A program made the position numbers and the translations under genes. DNA of 61,556 nucleotides, the filler included, from Circinaria calcarea (lineage: Eukaryota), in the NCBI GenBank assembly GCA_051942165.1. It is 5 parts of 5 records of this genome, joined end to end, with 100 filler letters (N's around TTAATTAATTAA, not from the genome) between each part and the next. Parts side by side here need not be neighbours in the genome. Positions count along the whole stretch, not along the records: positions 12,345 to 24,586 come from JAVECS010000592.1; 4 more parts are not named here. One strand, 5' to 3'. The notes under the pieces are model-generated. The model saw nothing but the letters and a program-made list of their open reading frames with translations, did not search any database and was not told the origin of the DNA. The number at the start of each line of letters is the position of its first letter. Position 1 is the first letter of the stretch. This document shows, one piece after another, positions 12,245-24,686 of this stretch.

Positions 12245-12344
12245 NNNNNNNNNNNNNNNNNNNNNNNNNNNNNNNNNNNNNNNNNNNNTTAATTAATTAA
12301 NNNNNNNNNNNNNNNNNNNNNNNNNNNNNNNNNNNNNNNNNNNN
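12245..12344. other. Artificial contig spacer (N44-TTAATTAATTAA-N44)
   Basis: 100-bp linker with stops in all six frames; identical at four positions. Confidence 0.98.
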
Positions 12345-13283
12345 CTCCTCGAACCCACGCACACCCCTCCACGTACCCTCTCCCTAGCTTCCAACGCCAC
12401 CGTCGTCCAAATCCACTACCGTTTCTCCGCCCAGCACCCTTTCCCCACTCCGCTCCACGACGTCCTCGCCGGCTACGACTGGATCCTCAAACACCTCCTC
12501 CGCGGCTCAGCAGCCCTCAATGCCTGGCAAGCCTCACCCAGCAAGATCGCCGGTCTGGCCGTCTGCGGGGAACTCACAGGCGGGAGTCTAGCGGCTATGC
12601 TCGCGCTGACGGAATGTCATATGGGAAAACCGGGGATACGGGCTGCGATGATGGGGAATCCGATTACGGATTGGACGGCCTTTCACGATCCCGCGGATAC
12701 GGATGGTCTTTCCCCCTCGATCCGCCAAGGCAATGATCCAGCCGCTTCCCTCTCCACACCCTCCCACCTCCTCCATGTCCGATCCTCCCTCTTCACTAAA
12801 CCATCCCACTACTTCGACCCCTTCGCCTCCCCCCTCCTCTTCTTCCGTACCCCGAGCAGCGATCTCCCGCCTGATTTCTCCCCGCCATCCACCTCTGATG
12901 ACTCTCAAGCACCACCCTCACCCACCTCCGATTCCCAACCCTCCTCCGAGACCCCCATCGAATGGATCAGAAAGCGCCGAGCCCATCGGCGACACCCACC
13001 CTTGCTTTCCACCCTGAGACTACCGACCATCAGAGTGGATGTGGGGAAGGAGAGCGCATTGAGGAAGCAAGGATGGGAACTGGTAGAACTGTGGCGGAGG
13101 AGCGTGGACTTGTACGAAGGTGGCGGGAGAGGCGAAAGGTGGAGGTATCCGGCGAATGGAGTAGATCGGGCCGGGGAGGGAGAAGCAAGGGCGGAGGTGA
13201 AGGAAAAGGATGGAGTGGGCCTGTGGACGGAAGAGGATCTGGTTGAGATTGGGAGGTGGTTGGCGAGGAGGGTTTTGCGGTGA
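12345..13283 (+). CDS. Alpha/beta-hydrolase fold (Abhydrolase_3/HSL-like) protein, 5'-truncated, nucleophile motif degenerate
   Basis: Open from the contig start: ...SNATVVQIHYRFSAQHPFPTPLHDVLAGYDWI...LAVCGELTGGSLAAMLALTEC...NPITDW...DPFASPLLFFRTP. The YR.S...PFP..LHD motif is typical of HSL-family esterases. Confidence 0.8.
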   Translation, partial: LLEPTHTPPRTLSLASNATVVQIHYRFSAQHPFPTPLHDVLAGYDWILKHLLRGSAALNAWQASPSKIAGLAVCGELTGGSLAAMLALTECHMGKPGIRAAMMGNPITDWTAFHDPADTDGLSPSIRQGNDPAASLSTPSHLLHVRSSLFTKPSHYFDPFASPLLFFRTPSSDLPPDFSPPSTSDDSQAPPSPTSDSQPSSETPIEWIRKRRAHRRHPPLLSTLRLPTIRVDVGKESALRKQGWELVELWRRSVDLYEGGGRGERWRYPANGVDRAGEGEARAEVKEKDGVGLWTEEDLVEIGRWLARRVLR

Positions 13284-13565
13284 AAAAAGGGGAGAGATGA
13301 GGGATATGGAGAGTGAAAGGGAAAGGGGATGAATGAGAATCTATATATGCATTCTGTATGTATAGGACGACATCAACAACCAAGACGATTACAGGAAAGA
13401 AAGGAAACGAGAGACAATGTTTTTTGACCCATATATGTTCCTCTCACCGCCTCCATCTCATTTACCCCTTCTCTCCCTCTTCCATTCCTCTTTCCAGTCC
13501 TATTCTGAATCCAAAGTGCCCAATGCCCCCGCAACCCATGCCAAGTCCAAATTTGGCCAACACCC

Positions 13566-16500
13566 TCAAGTCTTCTTACAGCGATGGCCCCCCTCTTCCT
13601 CCGCTCCATCCTCCACCATCTCACTGATCCGCTTACTCGGATCATCCAAATCCAGCGGCGTCTCCTCCTCCTCCCCGTCCTCATCCTCGCCGTTCTTCGG
13701 CCGCACCACCTCCACGCAGACCCCGCTATCCTTGCTAAACACCCTCAGGCCCACCACGCACACGGCGTTCCACGGATCATTGACAAAGTCCTCATTCTCA
13801 TCGTCCGAATGCCCCATGTCGGCCGGGTGGCGGTTAGGGCGGGGGAGGGGATCGGAGGGCTGGTCGGTGTGGCTGGGAAGGGATTCGAGGTCGAGATCGG
13901 AGTCGATGGAGGTGACAAAGGAGAGAACGGAGCATGAGTCGGAGATGGAGTGGTCGGAGTTGTCAGCGTGGTCTTCGTTGGCGTTGGAGGCAGGGTGGTT
14001 GTCATTGTTGATGCGAACCGATGGAACGGATTGGAGGTCCTTGTTGAACTTGTCGATTCGAGCTTGGGTGGTCTCGTCTTTACCCGAGGGTTGATCAATG
14101 GTGTTGGTTTGGGTTTCCGTAGTCTCGGCAGGTGGAGATGGGAGGTTGGCCGCCACGACAGGGGATTCTACGGGGTCTATGTGGGTGGCACCACCTGTAG
14201 CTTGCTCTTCGAGCTTGAATTCAGAGTTGTTCAGGACGGGCTCATTGGTTTGCTGTGCGGGCCCGGCATCGGGAATATTGACGGCTGAGATATTGGCATC
14301 TTCAGCAGCAGTGTTGCTATTGGTTGTTTTCTCGGGCGTTTTAGCAGTTTTGCGTGCTTCAGCCTTTTTGCGACGGTGCTCTTCTTCCCTTAACCTTCGT
14401 CTGTGGTTTCGTTCCCTGATTTTCTTGTTGATGAGCCAATCCTTGTACATTCGGGCCCTCACCTCCTCCCGCTGTTTCTTCCGGAGAGCGAGGTTCTTCT
14501 TTTGATCACGTTGTGCTTTCAGCTTCGCTTCCTGCTCAGTTTCATTGACTTGACCTCTTGCATGTGCTAGGTCGTATGCAAGGCCAATCCGCAAAAGTTT
14601 CTCTTGCCTCCACCTGCAATTTTCTCGGATGGTCTGTTCAGGCGTGGGTATGTCACTATATCGTTGAGCGGTAATCCTCATCAAGACCGAGTATGTGCCG
14701 GCTTCTAACTCGAGATCGGTACTAACAGAGCGCCTCATGAGGTAGTTACCGTGGCTTCGAACGATATAGTCATCTTCACCGTCTTTCTCAAGCCTGAAGT
14801 GCAAAGAGAATCTATACTGGCCCTCGAGACCTCGATAATATCGATCGTCAAGCTTAGGAGCGTAAGTCATCATATATGTGCGTCTGGATTAGATTGTTTT
14901 TGCTCACCTGTGATAGGACAATTACGATTGGCCCTTTCTTTTCGAGAGTGACACTGAATTTGGTGTCATTGTAATCCGCAGTCCAAGGCACATCTACTGT
15001 AGTCCACCGCTGTGTGACTGTCCACTCAGGACCGAAGAGGCGTGTGCGGTCAAAGCTTTGATACTTTCGAAGTATATCTTCGTACGAAATCCAAAAAATC
15101 TGGAACAGTGAGCCTCTGAAGTCGACTGGGAGCGAAAATTCCTTACACCGTCGTTACCAAATTTGTGCTGCAGGAGTTCCATCCATTCTGGAGTCCACTC
15201 CTCAGAACCATCGCTCCATGCTCCTTGCCATTCTGTCTTCCCCCATGGATTCCTAAGGGACTCCCTTTAAGTCATTGGACAGGAGACGAGTTTGTTTGGA
15301 CTGTGAATCTTACCTGATCCTCAATAGCCTCTTACCTTTCACCTCCCTGGCCTCCATGATTGAATAGGCGTGCATCGAGACAACACCTTTCCTATCCGTA
15401 TATCTGGCACCATTCTTCCAATTGTCAAAGCAACCGGTAGCGCAGCCGAACAGGAATTCCTTGTTAACCTTCATAATTTCATCGTTCCAAAAACGGTCCT
15501 TATCAAGGATATCTGTAGTGAAGAGCTCGGTGGTGACACCACCAGTGAGATCCTCAATTGCCTCGCTAGTCTCATCAGCCTGAAGCAATCAAGAGTTGGA
15601 TACAAGGCAATACGTACCCGGTGAATCCACCGTAAATTGCACGATAGTCTCCATGAGCCTTAGCAAAGGCCTTCTCCAGTAATGGCAACCATGTTTCATT
15701 CTCATTGCTACATTGTGCGAAGTATAGGGCACGAGAACCTGTCTGATATGCTTTCCGGTACTCTTCTTCGGCGTCTTGTCGATTGAAGACCTTGTCCCAG
15801 TTGAATTTCTCGTCTTTGCTTTCATCGTAATCGGGGACGTTGAGATAAAGCTTATCGTCAATGACTGTCTGGATCCATTCCCCATCTGCAGGAGTTAGAT
15901 TGGTAAGCGTGGAGGTGATTAGTCCTTACCTTGGTGGAATACAAAACCGTACACGCCTACCTTCTCATCTCTGGCAACACAAACCCGGTCTATCAAACCT
16001 TCTTTGTTGCCGAGGGCGCAGAGTGCAGATAGAAACCAACAGTCCCCATCATTACCCTGACGTACGTCGCTGGCAGTTGCACCCTCGATGTAGAATTGGG
16101 GGGTTTCGAATATTTCCTGATGTATCGTGAGTGCTGGCTACTACGAAGCTACTAGATAATCATAATAGAACATAGTGGTGCATCGATCTTCCCTTACTGG
16201 ATCCAGCGCAAGTAGGTATCCATAGGAGAACCTCGTCCGTTCCATATAAAACGTAAGAGCTGAAACCATGATAGAGAGAACAAAGTGAAAACTTCAGAAG
16301 AAGCCATTACATACCGGAACTCGTTTGACCGAACCAGGCTCAAAAGGTTCATCGTCACGCCCAAAACCTTCCAGGCAATCCCTTGCCCTGCTGTTCTGCT
16401 TAAGATCGAATTCGATGTCGAAGTGAGGATCACGGTATCTCATGTTCACCCTCCTACATTCGTTTGCGATCTTATCGACCGCGGCCTGACAGTCGGCCTT

Positions 16501-16770
16501 GGCTTGCTCGTATCCCTTAAGAGCTGCTTGGCCGTGCACAGCACCTTTTGGCGTATGGCGGGCCTTGGACTTGGCATAGTTGTCCTGTGGCAAGATGGTG
16601 TGGATCTTCCCCGGAAACTTGGTTGTGAATTTGTCCCAGAAGTCATCGACGGTTTCTTGGGGAGTCTGCCTCCTGTGCTTCCGGCATACTCTTCTGATCG
16701 ACGGTGGTGGAGGTGAAGGAAGAGGCGCATCAGAGCCTTCGCTCCGATAAGTGTCTGCCATGCCCCCCAT
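13566..16770 (-). CDS. Calpain-like cysteine protease (peptidase family C2), multi-exon
   Basis: Catalytic Cys motif DVRQGNDGDCWFLSAL (~16020-16070), WLPLLEKAFAKAHGDY, AIEDLTGG, catalytic His/Asn HAYSIM...LLRIRNPWGK, LSQLDDRYYRGLEGQY, C-terminal DPWNAVCVVGLRVFSKD. Start at ATG 16770 or 16761. Confidence 0.9.
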
Positions 16771-17753
16771 TATGTTTGATTGATGGGAGCGATCGAACAC
16801 AGCGGACAGCGGATTGTTCTGCAGGATGTGGATACGAAGGGAACTCGCGCGCAACGGAGTACAACAGCAGAGATGCTCTGCTTCTTATAGCCCGCAAGCG
16901 TAAGCTGAGCGAGCAGCAGGAAAATAGCCAATTGTCGAAGCTGACGGCTAAGATTTCCATCAAGGGAAGCCAAGCTCCACGGAGAACATGGGTGATGATT
17001 GGCCATTGTCCAGAAGGGGCGGAGAGCTAAACAGTAACTGGTATGGCTTTGCGGTTCGCAGGACGAGGCGTCAGGCATGGCGGAGTTCCCGCCCCCAATG
17101 GATGTTATTCTCGGCTTCGTCGTCGATGAATGGGCGTCTTTAATCCGTAGCCGCAGAATCAAGCCTGCGGGAAGAATAGACCCCACTACAGCCCAGGGCA
17201 AGAGAGCAGCGGGGCGGCAACGGAAGCAAGCGCCTACGGTCATAAGTTAAAATGTGCTCGGCGTATGGGACGTGGGGACTTAAAAACTACGCCTAACAAA
17301 TATGGGCACGCTCGGTCAACTTCATCCCGAGGGAGCATCGCCACGATTCTCACAGAGGCAAACACGGCACAGATATGCAACGAGTGAATGATGAAGAAGC
17401 TGGCGGTATTCCCCGGCATTCTCTTCAGAGGCAGGTAGCTAACGGGGCAATGATTACGATAGCCATCGGTGCTGTGTCAATGTCCATGTTACTCGGAAAT
17501 GTGCAGACATCAGCTCACCCCAACTCCTTTGGTAGCCAAATCCTCCTCCTTCCCCGATCCAACGGTCCAATCCGGTCGCGTGGTGCGCATAAAACGTTAG
17601 AACTCGTTCGATACCAATACACGTGCCCAGTAGAAGGCAACGAATGCAATGCTATCCGGCCTGTGTGTGCAATACAGCGTAACAGATGGACACCAATTAA
17701 CTCTATCGGGATGGCGTTTCAAAGAAATCATAGATCTGTCCAGCTTCTACCCG

Positions 17754-18885
17754 TCAATGGTAGCCATTCATCTTGCCTCGTCCTGAGTAAGCACTGCTGC
17801 CAGCTTCAAAGTAGGGGTGAATGCAAGCTTGTTTTGCCGAGATACGTCCGGCAGGATCGTATACAAGCATTGCATCGAGGAGGTCGAGTCCATTCTCCTC
17901 AAGACCAGGAACTAAGGCTTTTGACATGTCACGCGACCATTTGGGAAAGGAGGACTTGAAGTCAGGAAAGGAGGTAACACCCGGCCACGCTAGCTCATCT
18001 GGTGTTCCAAGTAATCTAGCAGGGCGTCAGCGTTACTATTTGAAAACTGAGACGTCGTGACAAACCGAAAAATCTTAAAGATCTCATCTATTTCAGAGTC
18101 ACCAGGGAAAAGAGGCTTTCGAGTACACATCTCGGCGAAAATGCAGCCAACAGACCACATGTCCACCCCTGTGGAATACTGCCGACCGCCGAGTAGGATC
18201 TCGGGGGATCGGTACCAAAGGGTAACCACCTGAGTACCATTAGCAATGTCATGAAAACAGTTCCCGGCAATCGAGCGTACCTCATGTGTATATGTTCGTA
18301 GTGGTACACCAAAGGCTCGAGCTAGGCCAAAATCCGCCAGCTTCAAGTTCCCATCCCGATCAATCAACAAATTTTGGGGCTTCAAATCTCGGTGGAGCAC
18401 ACGATGACTATGGCAGTATCGAACTCCCTCCACTAGCTGACTCATAAACTTCTTGACCATATTGTCTCCAAGCCCTAGTCTACCAAGATCAGGACCTGAA
18501 CCTTCAGGTAGAGCTTTACCTCTTCCACCGTCGCTGACTGGTAATGCCTCCATGTATTTTTTCAGATCCAAGTCAAGAAACTCGCAGACAAGGTACAATT
18601 TGTGGCCGTCTGCATGGACGATGTTCAGTAGCCGGACGATATTTGGGTCGTTCATCTCCTTGAGTAGAGATATTTCCCGTATGGCGGTGCTAGGAACACC
18701 CTCATCTTCAGCTTCTAGGCGAATTTTCTTCAGCGCAACAATGCGGGTGGGGTGTGTTAAATCGCGAGCTTTGTAAACAACTCCATATGTTCCTAAGAGA
18801 AGGCCTCAGTCAGTAAGGCTATCAAGAGAGACTCTGGGTCCGTCTTACCTTCTCCAATTTTCTCGATCTTCTGATAGTTCTCCAT
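17754..18885 (-). CDS. CDC28: Cyclin-dependent kinase 1 (Cdc2/Cdc28/NimX), 3 introns
   Basis: [21 protein letters not shown]...[16 protein letters not shown] (PSTAIRE), [42 protein letters not shown]; ends [21 protein letters not shown]. Confidence 0.97.
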
Positions 18886-19377
18886 TGGTGAATGTACTTC
18901 TCACTACGTTAAATGATGCGTGGTTCCCAGACTATCACTGCTCTCCGCGCTGTTTTGTTAGTAGTCTGGCGTTCGATCGTATTAGTCTGAGTAGTGCATA
19001 GTCGAAGACAGTTGCTCCTTTTAACTGCCCTTATCTAGTTGTCCAGCGCAGGTAAGTTTTAATTGGTTTGAAAAGGGTCGTGGTGGATTTCGCAGAGCTT
19101 CGAATTTGTGTTGTAGGTGGGCAATATTTTTGTCATCAGCCGCCGTAAACACTGGGAATCCCTGGACTCGATCGTACTGGCTCTAAGGGGCTTTCGCGCT
19201 AGCTCACGCGCAGGGGCGTGACAAAACCAGAACACAACAGTCAAGAAATCGAGAGATCAACTATTATTTACGATCTTATCGCGCATCTGATGACGCTTTG
19301 GAGCCAAGAGTGAGATATTCTCGTGGTGGAGGCAGTGAGGTAAAATAAGCGTTTACGGTAGAAAGAGAGCTGCGATA

Positions 19378-20535
19378 ATGCATGCATCAAAGCTCAATCC
19401 ACATCAGAAGCCTCCTGAACATCTACGAATCATCTACAAACGTTATCAAAAACTTAACCTAGCTGACCTGGGGAAAGACCCAGACTTGGTAGATATCTCA
19501 CATGGTCTTGGCACAAGACACATCAATATCGTTCGCTGTTCTCGTTCAATTGATGCTACTGCTTCCCAGGAACCTTTATCGTGGTTTGAGGAAAAGAAGA
19601 TATCACAACCTTCATCTTCCCCTACCCTCGTATATGAGCATGTCGCCTTGCCGGGTAGGCTTGCAATAGTCTCATGATGGCGGTGATGCGCTGCTAATTA
19701 CATAGGTTTACAAATTATCCCGTCGTTATTATCGCAAGAGGTCCAATGGCAACTGCTCACTCGTCTCCTCCATAGAGATTTAGCCGATGAGCGGCATAAG
19801 ACAAATATCCATACGCATTACAATGTACCATATGAGCTATGCAATCTTGAGAGAACTGATCACCCAGGAGATCTTATCAAGTCTCAGGATACGGGCTTTG
19901 TGTCGTCCTTTTTCAACTGCTCTCCTAAATCAACAGCGCTAATCCAGCCAATCAATCCAAAAGTCCATAAACCGATCACCATTTCCGAGTTCTTGTGTCG
20001 AAAGCTACGCTGGATCACCCTCGGTGGTCAATATGATTGGACCAAGAAAGCGTACCCTCAAACTGTCCCACCCGCATTTCCCAAAGACGTTTTGGGCCTG
20101 ATACACCACCACTTTCCGGACATGGTACCAGAAGCGGCCATTGTCAATGTTTATTCGCCGGGAGACACACTTTGCTTACATCGGGATGTCAGCGAAGAAT
20201 CCAAGCGAGGCTTGGTCAGCGTAAGCCTCGGCTGTGATGGTATCTTCGTTATTGGGCTTGACGAGGACGAAGGAAATGCACATCGCTCTATTGCTCTTCG
20301 TCTTCATTCGGGGGATGCTGTTTACATGAGCGGTCCGTCCCGATATGCATGGCATGGCATTCCTCAGATTGTGCCAGGCACCTGTCCGAATTGGCTAAGT
20401 ACATGGCCGATGGGCCAAGATGAATCCGGATCAGAAACGGTCGGAGGTATCGAAGCAAGAAGGTATGGCGACTGGCGAGGGTGGATGGCACAGAAGCGCA
20501 TCAACCTCAACGTTAGACAGATGCGAGATCAGTAA
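19378..20535 (+). CDS. AlkB-family 2OG-Fe(II) dioxygenase (ALKBH1/Abh1-like), 1 intron
   Basis: KLRWITLGGQYDW, AAIVNVYSPGDTLCLHRDVSE (HxD), SRYAWHGIP (distal His), KRINLNVRQ (RxxxxxR); intron ~19655-19705. Confidence 0.92.
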
Positions 20536-20851
20536 CATCAACCAGGGTTTCGTAGGGAGACTAGAAAAGAGGGATGCTTGGTAAGCGCATGAGACTATAA
20601 ATGAGGCAGGCGGTTGGTGTGCACTTCCGGTCGCGGGGGTTTTCTTTATCGCGTTCGAGTTTGGAGTCCAAGCCATGATATGATACGATCGCTGCCCCGC
20701 CAACACTAAAGCTGTCTTGTGGGGATTAGGAAGCTGGACGTTTATATCTCTCAAATCCTTCATTGGATGATTTAGACGGATGAGGGAGCTGGACTTTTCA
20801 ATTCCAATTGCTCTCTCGTCTCCGTCTTGCTTGAGGGTTGAAATAATTACA

Positions 20852-22858
20852 ATGGCTACAACTGCAATGACCTGGCAGGAGCAAGCAAAGGCCAAGCGAG
20901 ACTCCATCAACAACCTGATCCCGGAAAACTGGCGATTGCCGTCCCCCATTCCGTCTGCAGAGGAGCAGCGCGACGTGACTGGAAAATACCTCTGGCAGTA
21001 TTTATCTGAACGTGAAGTTGAAATTACTGAGACCGACGCTGTAGTAATCACAAAACATACCACCGCTGGCGAATGGAAAGCAGAGGAAGTGATAAGGGCA
21101 TTCTGTCACCGGGCGTCCTTGGCGCATCAAATTGTGAATTGACATGAACAGACAAGTCAAGTCAATATCTCACAGACAGATCGACTAATTGGAGTCCTAG
21201 ACCAACTGCCTCCACGAGGTATTCTTCGATGCAGCCATTGAGGACGCGAAGAAGCTCGACGAATATTATGCCCAAAACAAAGCACCCAAAGGCCCCTTGC
21301 ACGGGCTACCCGTCAGCCTAAAGGACCAGTTTCACGTAAAGGGTGTGGAGACTACTATGGTAAGGGCATAACTGTGCAGGACTTTTACATACAATGAAAG
21401 AGTCGCAAGTCGCTAAACAGTCTCAGGGCTATGTGGGATGGATTGGAACCTTCCAAGGCAAGAAAGGTACAGGTCTGGAAAAAAGATATGAAAGTGAGAT
21501 GGTTCGCGAGCTACGCGCACTAGGGGCGGTCCTTTACTGCAAAACGAGTGTTCCACACACACTCATGTCCGGCGAAACCGTCAACAACATCATTGGTTAT
21601 ACATGGAACCCGAAGAACCGACATCTCAGTAGCGGCGGGAGTTCGGGTGGTGAAGGTGCTTTGATTAGTCTCAAGGGTAGTCCTCTGGGATTTGGAACAG
21701 ATATAGGGGGCAGCATACGCATCCCTGCTGCTTTTAACGGGCTCTACGGTATTCGACCTTCTGCTGGGCGCATGCCTTATGAAGGTATAGCCAATTCGAT
21801 GGATGGCCAAAATACGGTTGTGTCGGTTGTTGGACCCCTTGCACACTCTGCTGGAGGTCTCCGGTTAGCCATGAAGTCACTTTTGTCTCAGCAGCCTTGG
21901 CTGCACGACCCGCTTGTGCTGGAAATTCCTTGGCGGGACGAACAGGAAAAACAAATATTCGATCTCATTAAGTCAGCGCAGGACAGAAAGGGCCGACTGT
22001 GTTTTGGATTGCTAAAGGATGATGGCGTTGTGACGCCCCAACCACCCGTGCAGCGAGCACTCAATATCGTTGCAGCAGCACTTGAGAAAATGGGTCACAA
22101 GGTATGGGCTCTTGTTTCGTTCCTTTAGCTTATTGTGTCGCGCCAGCCAACGCAGGCTTTCTAGGTAATCGAATGGGCACCGCCGTCGCATAAACGTGGT
22201 AACAACATACTGGTAAGCCTCGTGTGCACTCGTCTCATTGATACAGCCTTAAATCTCGTGTTAGTTCACCACGTGGGCCTATGATGGAGGTGTCGATGTG
22301 CATGAAGCATTTGCACTTTCTGGCGAAGACATATCACCTCAAGTCCAACGGGCTTTTGGGACGAAACCACGGGAGCAGGCGAATGCAAGCAAGATTGCAG
22401 CTACGAACGTACTAAAGCGGGAATACCAGAAAGAGTATATGGAATATTGGAATAGCACTACCGAACTGACTGGGACTGGACGACCGGTGGATGCCTTTAT
22501 AGCAGCTCTTGCTCCTTATCCAGCTGCACGTCCGGAGTTGTATACCTATTATGGCTACTCGACAATTATCAATCTTCTCGACTATACATCCTGCATAGTC
22601 CCCATAACTACTGCCGACAAAACCACTGATCTCTTGAGGAAGGATTTTCAACCTCTCAGTGATGAGGATAAGAAAGTAGCTGAATCATGTGGGTTTTTTT
22701 ACTCGGTCGCCATCATTTCGGGATAAACTAATCTGTTCCATCTTCCAGATGACCCCGATATATACGACGGAGCCCATGTATCGGTCCAGATTGTTGGGCG
22801 CAGATTGCAAGAGGAGAAGGTCCTCGCTTTAGCAGAGTTCATTGGAATTTCGATTTAA
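20852..22858 (+). CDS. Amidase-signature family amidase (acetamidase/general amidase-like), multi-exon
   Basis: GPLHGLPVSLKDQF (catalytic Lys), GGSSGGEGAL, GTDIGGSIRIPAAFNGLYGIRPS (Ser-cisSer), C-terminal VQIVGRRLQEEKVL; stop TAA at 22856-22858. Confidence 0.95.
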
Positions 22859-23249
22859 GAATATCGTGGCGGAGGCGTCAGTCAATCAGGGAACAGGATA
22901 TCGATCTCTAATCCTTTGGTTGCTACTAAACCTTTAGACGGTACAAGGTCTTCGCGTGCTTAAGATGAACATACCTGCACTCTGATTGTCGAGTGATCTC
23001 CATGTGAATAGTAGATGGAAAACATGTACTCCTTGAAGCAAGACCTGAAGAACTAAGCGAGCCACTTGAATCGTAGCCTACGCTGCCCTGTGTACCTGTG
23101 TAACTTTGGGACCTCCTAAAATGCATACTGCCATCACTGGAACGCCCGGCGATTACCGCTCCTCCGGCTTCTTGATGTCTCGATGTGAAGCCCGTTAAGT
23201 CGTCTACACAGGCGCTATCACTTGGCGCAATCGACCATCTTCTTAAATA

Positions 23250-24586
23250 ATGGCCGAAGCCTCTGTCGGTACGCCCGGCTCCACGGCCGAAGGTACGCCA
23301 GCCAAATCGTTGGCTACCAAAGACAGAGCTTGCCCATACTGCAATACCTATTTCACTTCGTCGTCTTTGGGCCGCCACCTCGATCTATACATCAAGGAGA
23401 AGAATCCTAAACCGCCCGATGGCGTCCACGACATTGATCAGATTCGAAGGTCGCGAGGAAACATCACCCGCCGGCAGGCGCGTACTTCCTCTGTAAAGCG
23501 CGATGGTTCTTCACCATCGAGCTCCAAGCCAACCCCGTCGCAGGGCCGATGCTCGCCGTCAATTGCCGGGCAGTATAGCAATGGGGACCTTGCAGAGAAG
23601 GCCCCAATGACGCTAATTCTCAACAGACCGAGCTGGCAGGCAACGGGCGTGATCAACGATTTACCCCAACCGTCTCGTGATGGTGGAGGGCCAAAATATG
23701 ACCATAGGCGAGACCAGTTACGAAAGGTGCCGGCCAAGCAAGAGATGGCTCAGAGGCAGAAGATGCTGGAGGAGAAGGATGATGGCCGTGCTACAGAGTT
23801 AGCCTTGAGGGAGGTCTTGGATAGCATAAAGTCGGCGAAGTATGTGATTCATTTTGTGCGTTTGATATGTTTTACTAAGTCCGGTGATTTTCATAGTGCT
23901 CGAGTCCTTGCGCCTCACCCATTCGAGTTTGACTGGTTCGGACAAACGTTTCCATCCCTGTGTCTACGCTGCCTATCCAGGCCATCGGGCATTTTATCCA
24001 ACACGCCCGTTTGTAGTGACTTGTCATGGCCTATATCAATTCCAGGATCGTCACAAGTTGATGCTATTCGAAGACGCCTGGATGATAGACTCAGGTACTG
24101 GAGAAAACATAGGGGTGACCCGAACCGCTCGAACCGTGAAGGCGAGTCGGAAGAAGACCAATCATACCACGAACACCTTCGTAACGCCTTCAACAATTAT
24201 AGTTCTCTTCCTGAGCCTAAACAACGGGAAGTTTGGCAGCTTGAGAGTTTACGAGCGTTCGCGCGCGAGCAAGAAGAACATGGTGAAACCCACATAAAAT
24301 TACAACGCGCAGAGCAGGAGGCTGCAAATTTACGCATCCAACTCGATCGGCTAAACAAATATCAGCAGCCGCGCGAGTATATACTGTTCCCACCTTCGAG
24401 TATACCTATTCAACGGGAGGCTGTGGATCTGGTGTCCGAAACTATACCTAGCGATACTTGGGACTATGATAAGTTGGTCTCGAAGTGGAAAACCAGGATC
24501 CAGAGTAGTCGAAATAGCCAGCAAAGCCTCTCAGCACCATCCCAGATCTTCTCCACCCCAACGACACTTCTCAATCGTAGCAACGG
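23250..24586 (+). CDS. Conserved fungal protein of unknown function with an N-terminal CxxC...H motif, 3'-truncated
   Basis: KDRACPYCNTYFTSSSLGRHLDLYIKEKNPKPPDGVHDIDQIRRSRGNITRRQAR, then a coiled-coil region. Probable 57-nt in-frame intron at 23840-23896. Runs into the spacer. Confidence 0.75.
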
Positions 24587-24686
24587 NNNNNNNNNNNNNN
24601 NNNNNNNNNNNNNNNNNNNNNNNNNNNNNNTTAATTAATTAANNNNNNNNNNNNNNNNNNNNNNNNNNNNNNNNNNNNNNNNNNNN
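24587..24686. other. Artificial contig spacer
   Basis: N44-TTAATTAATTAA-N44. Confidence 0.98.

Noticed and set aside
12289..12300. Palindromic TTAATTAATTAA recurring every ~12.3 kb, resembling a periodic site or piggyBac TTAA target
   Set aside because: Always embedded in 44+44 Ns; it is a synthetic six-frame-stop linker.
13417..14505. Several long plus-strand ORFs
   Set aside because: Antisense shadows of the GC-rich last exon of the calpain gene.
17375..17959. 194-aa plus-strand ORF
   Set aside because: Overlaps the CDK1 3' end and UTR in antisense, with no recognisable motifs.
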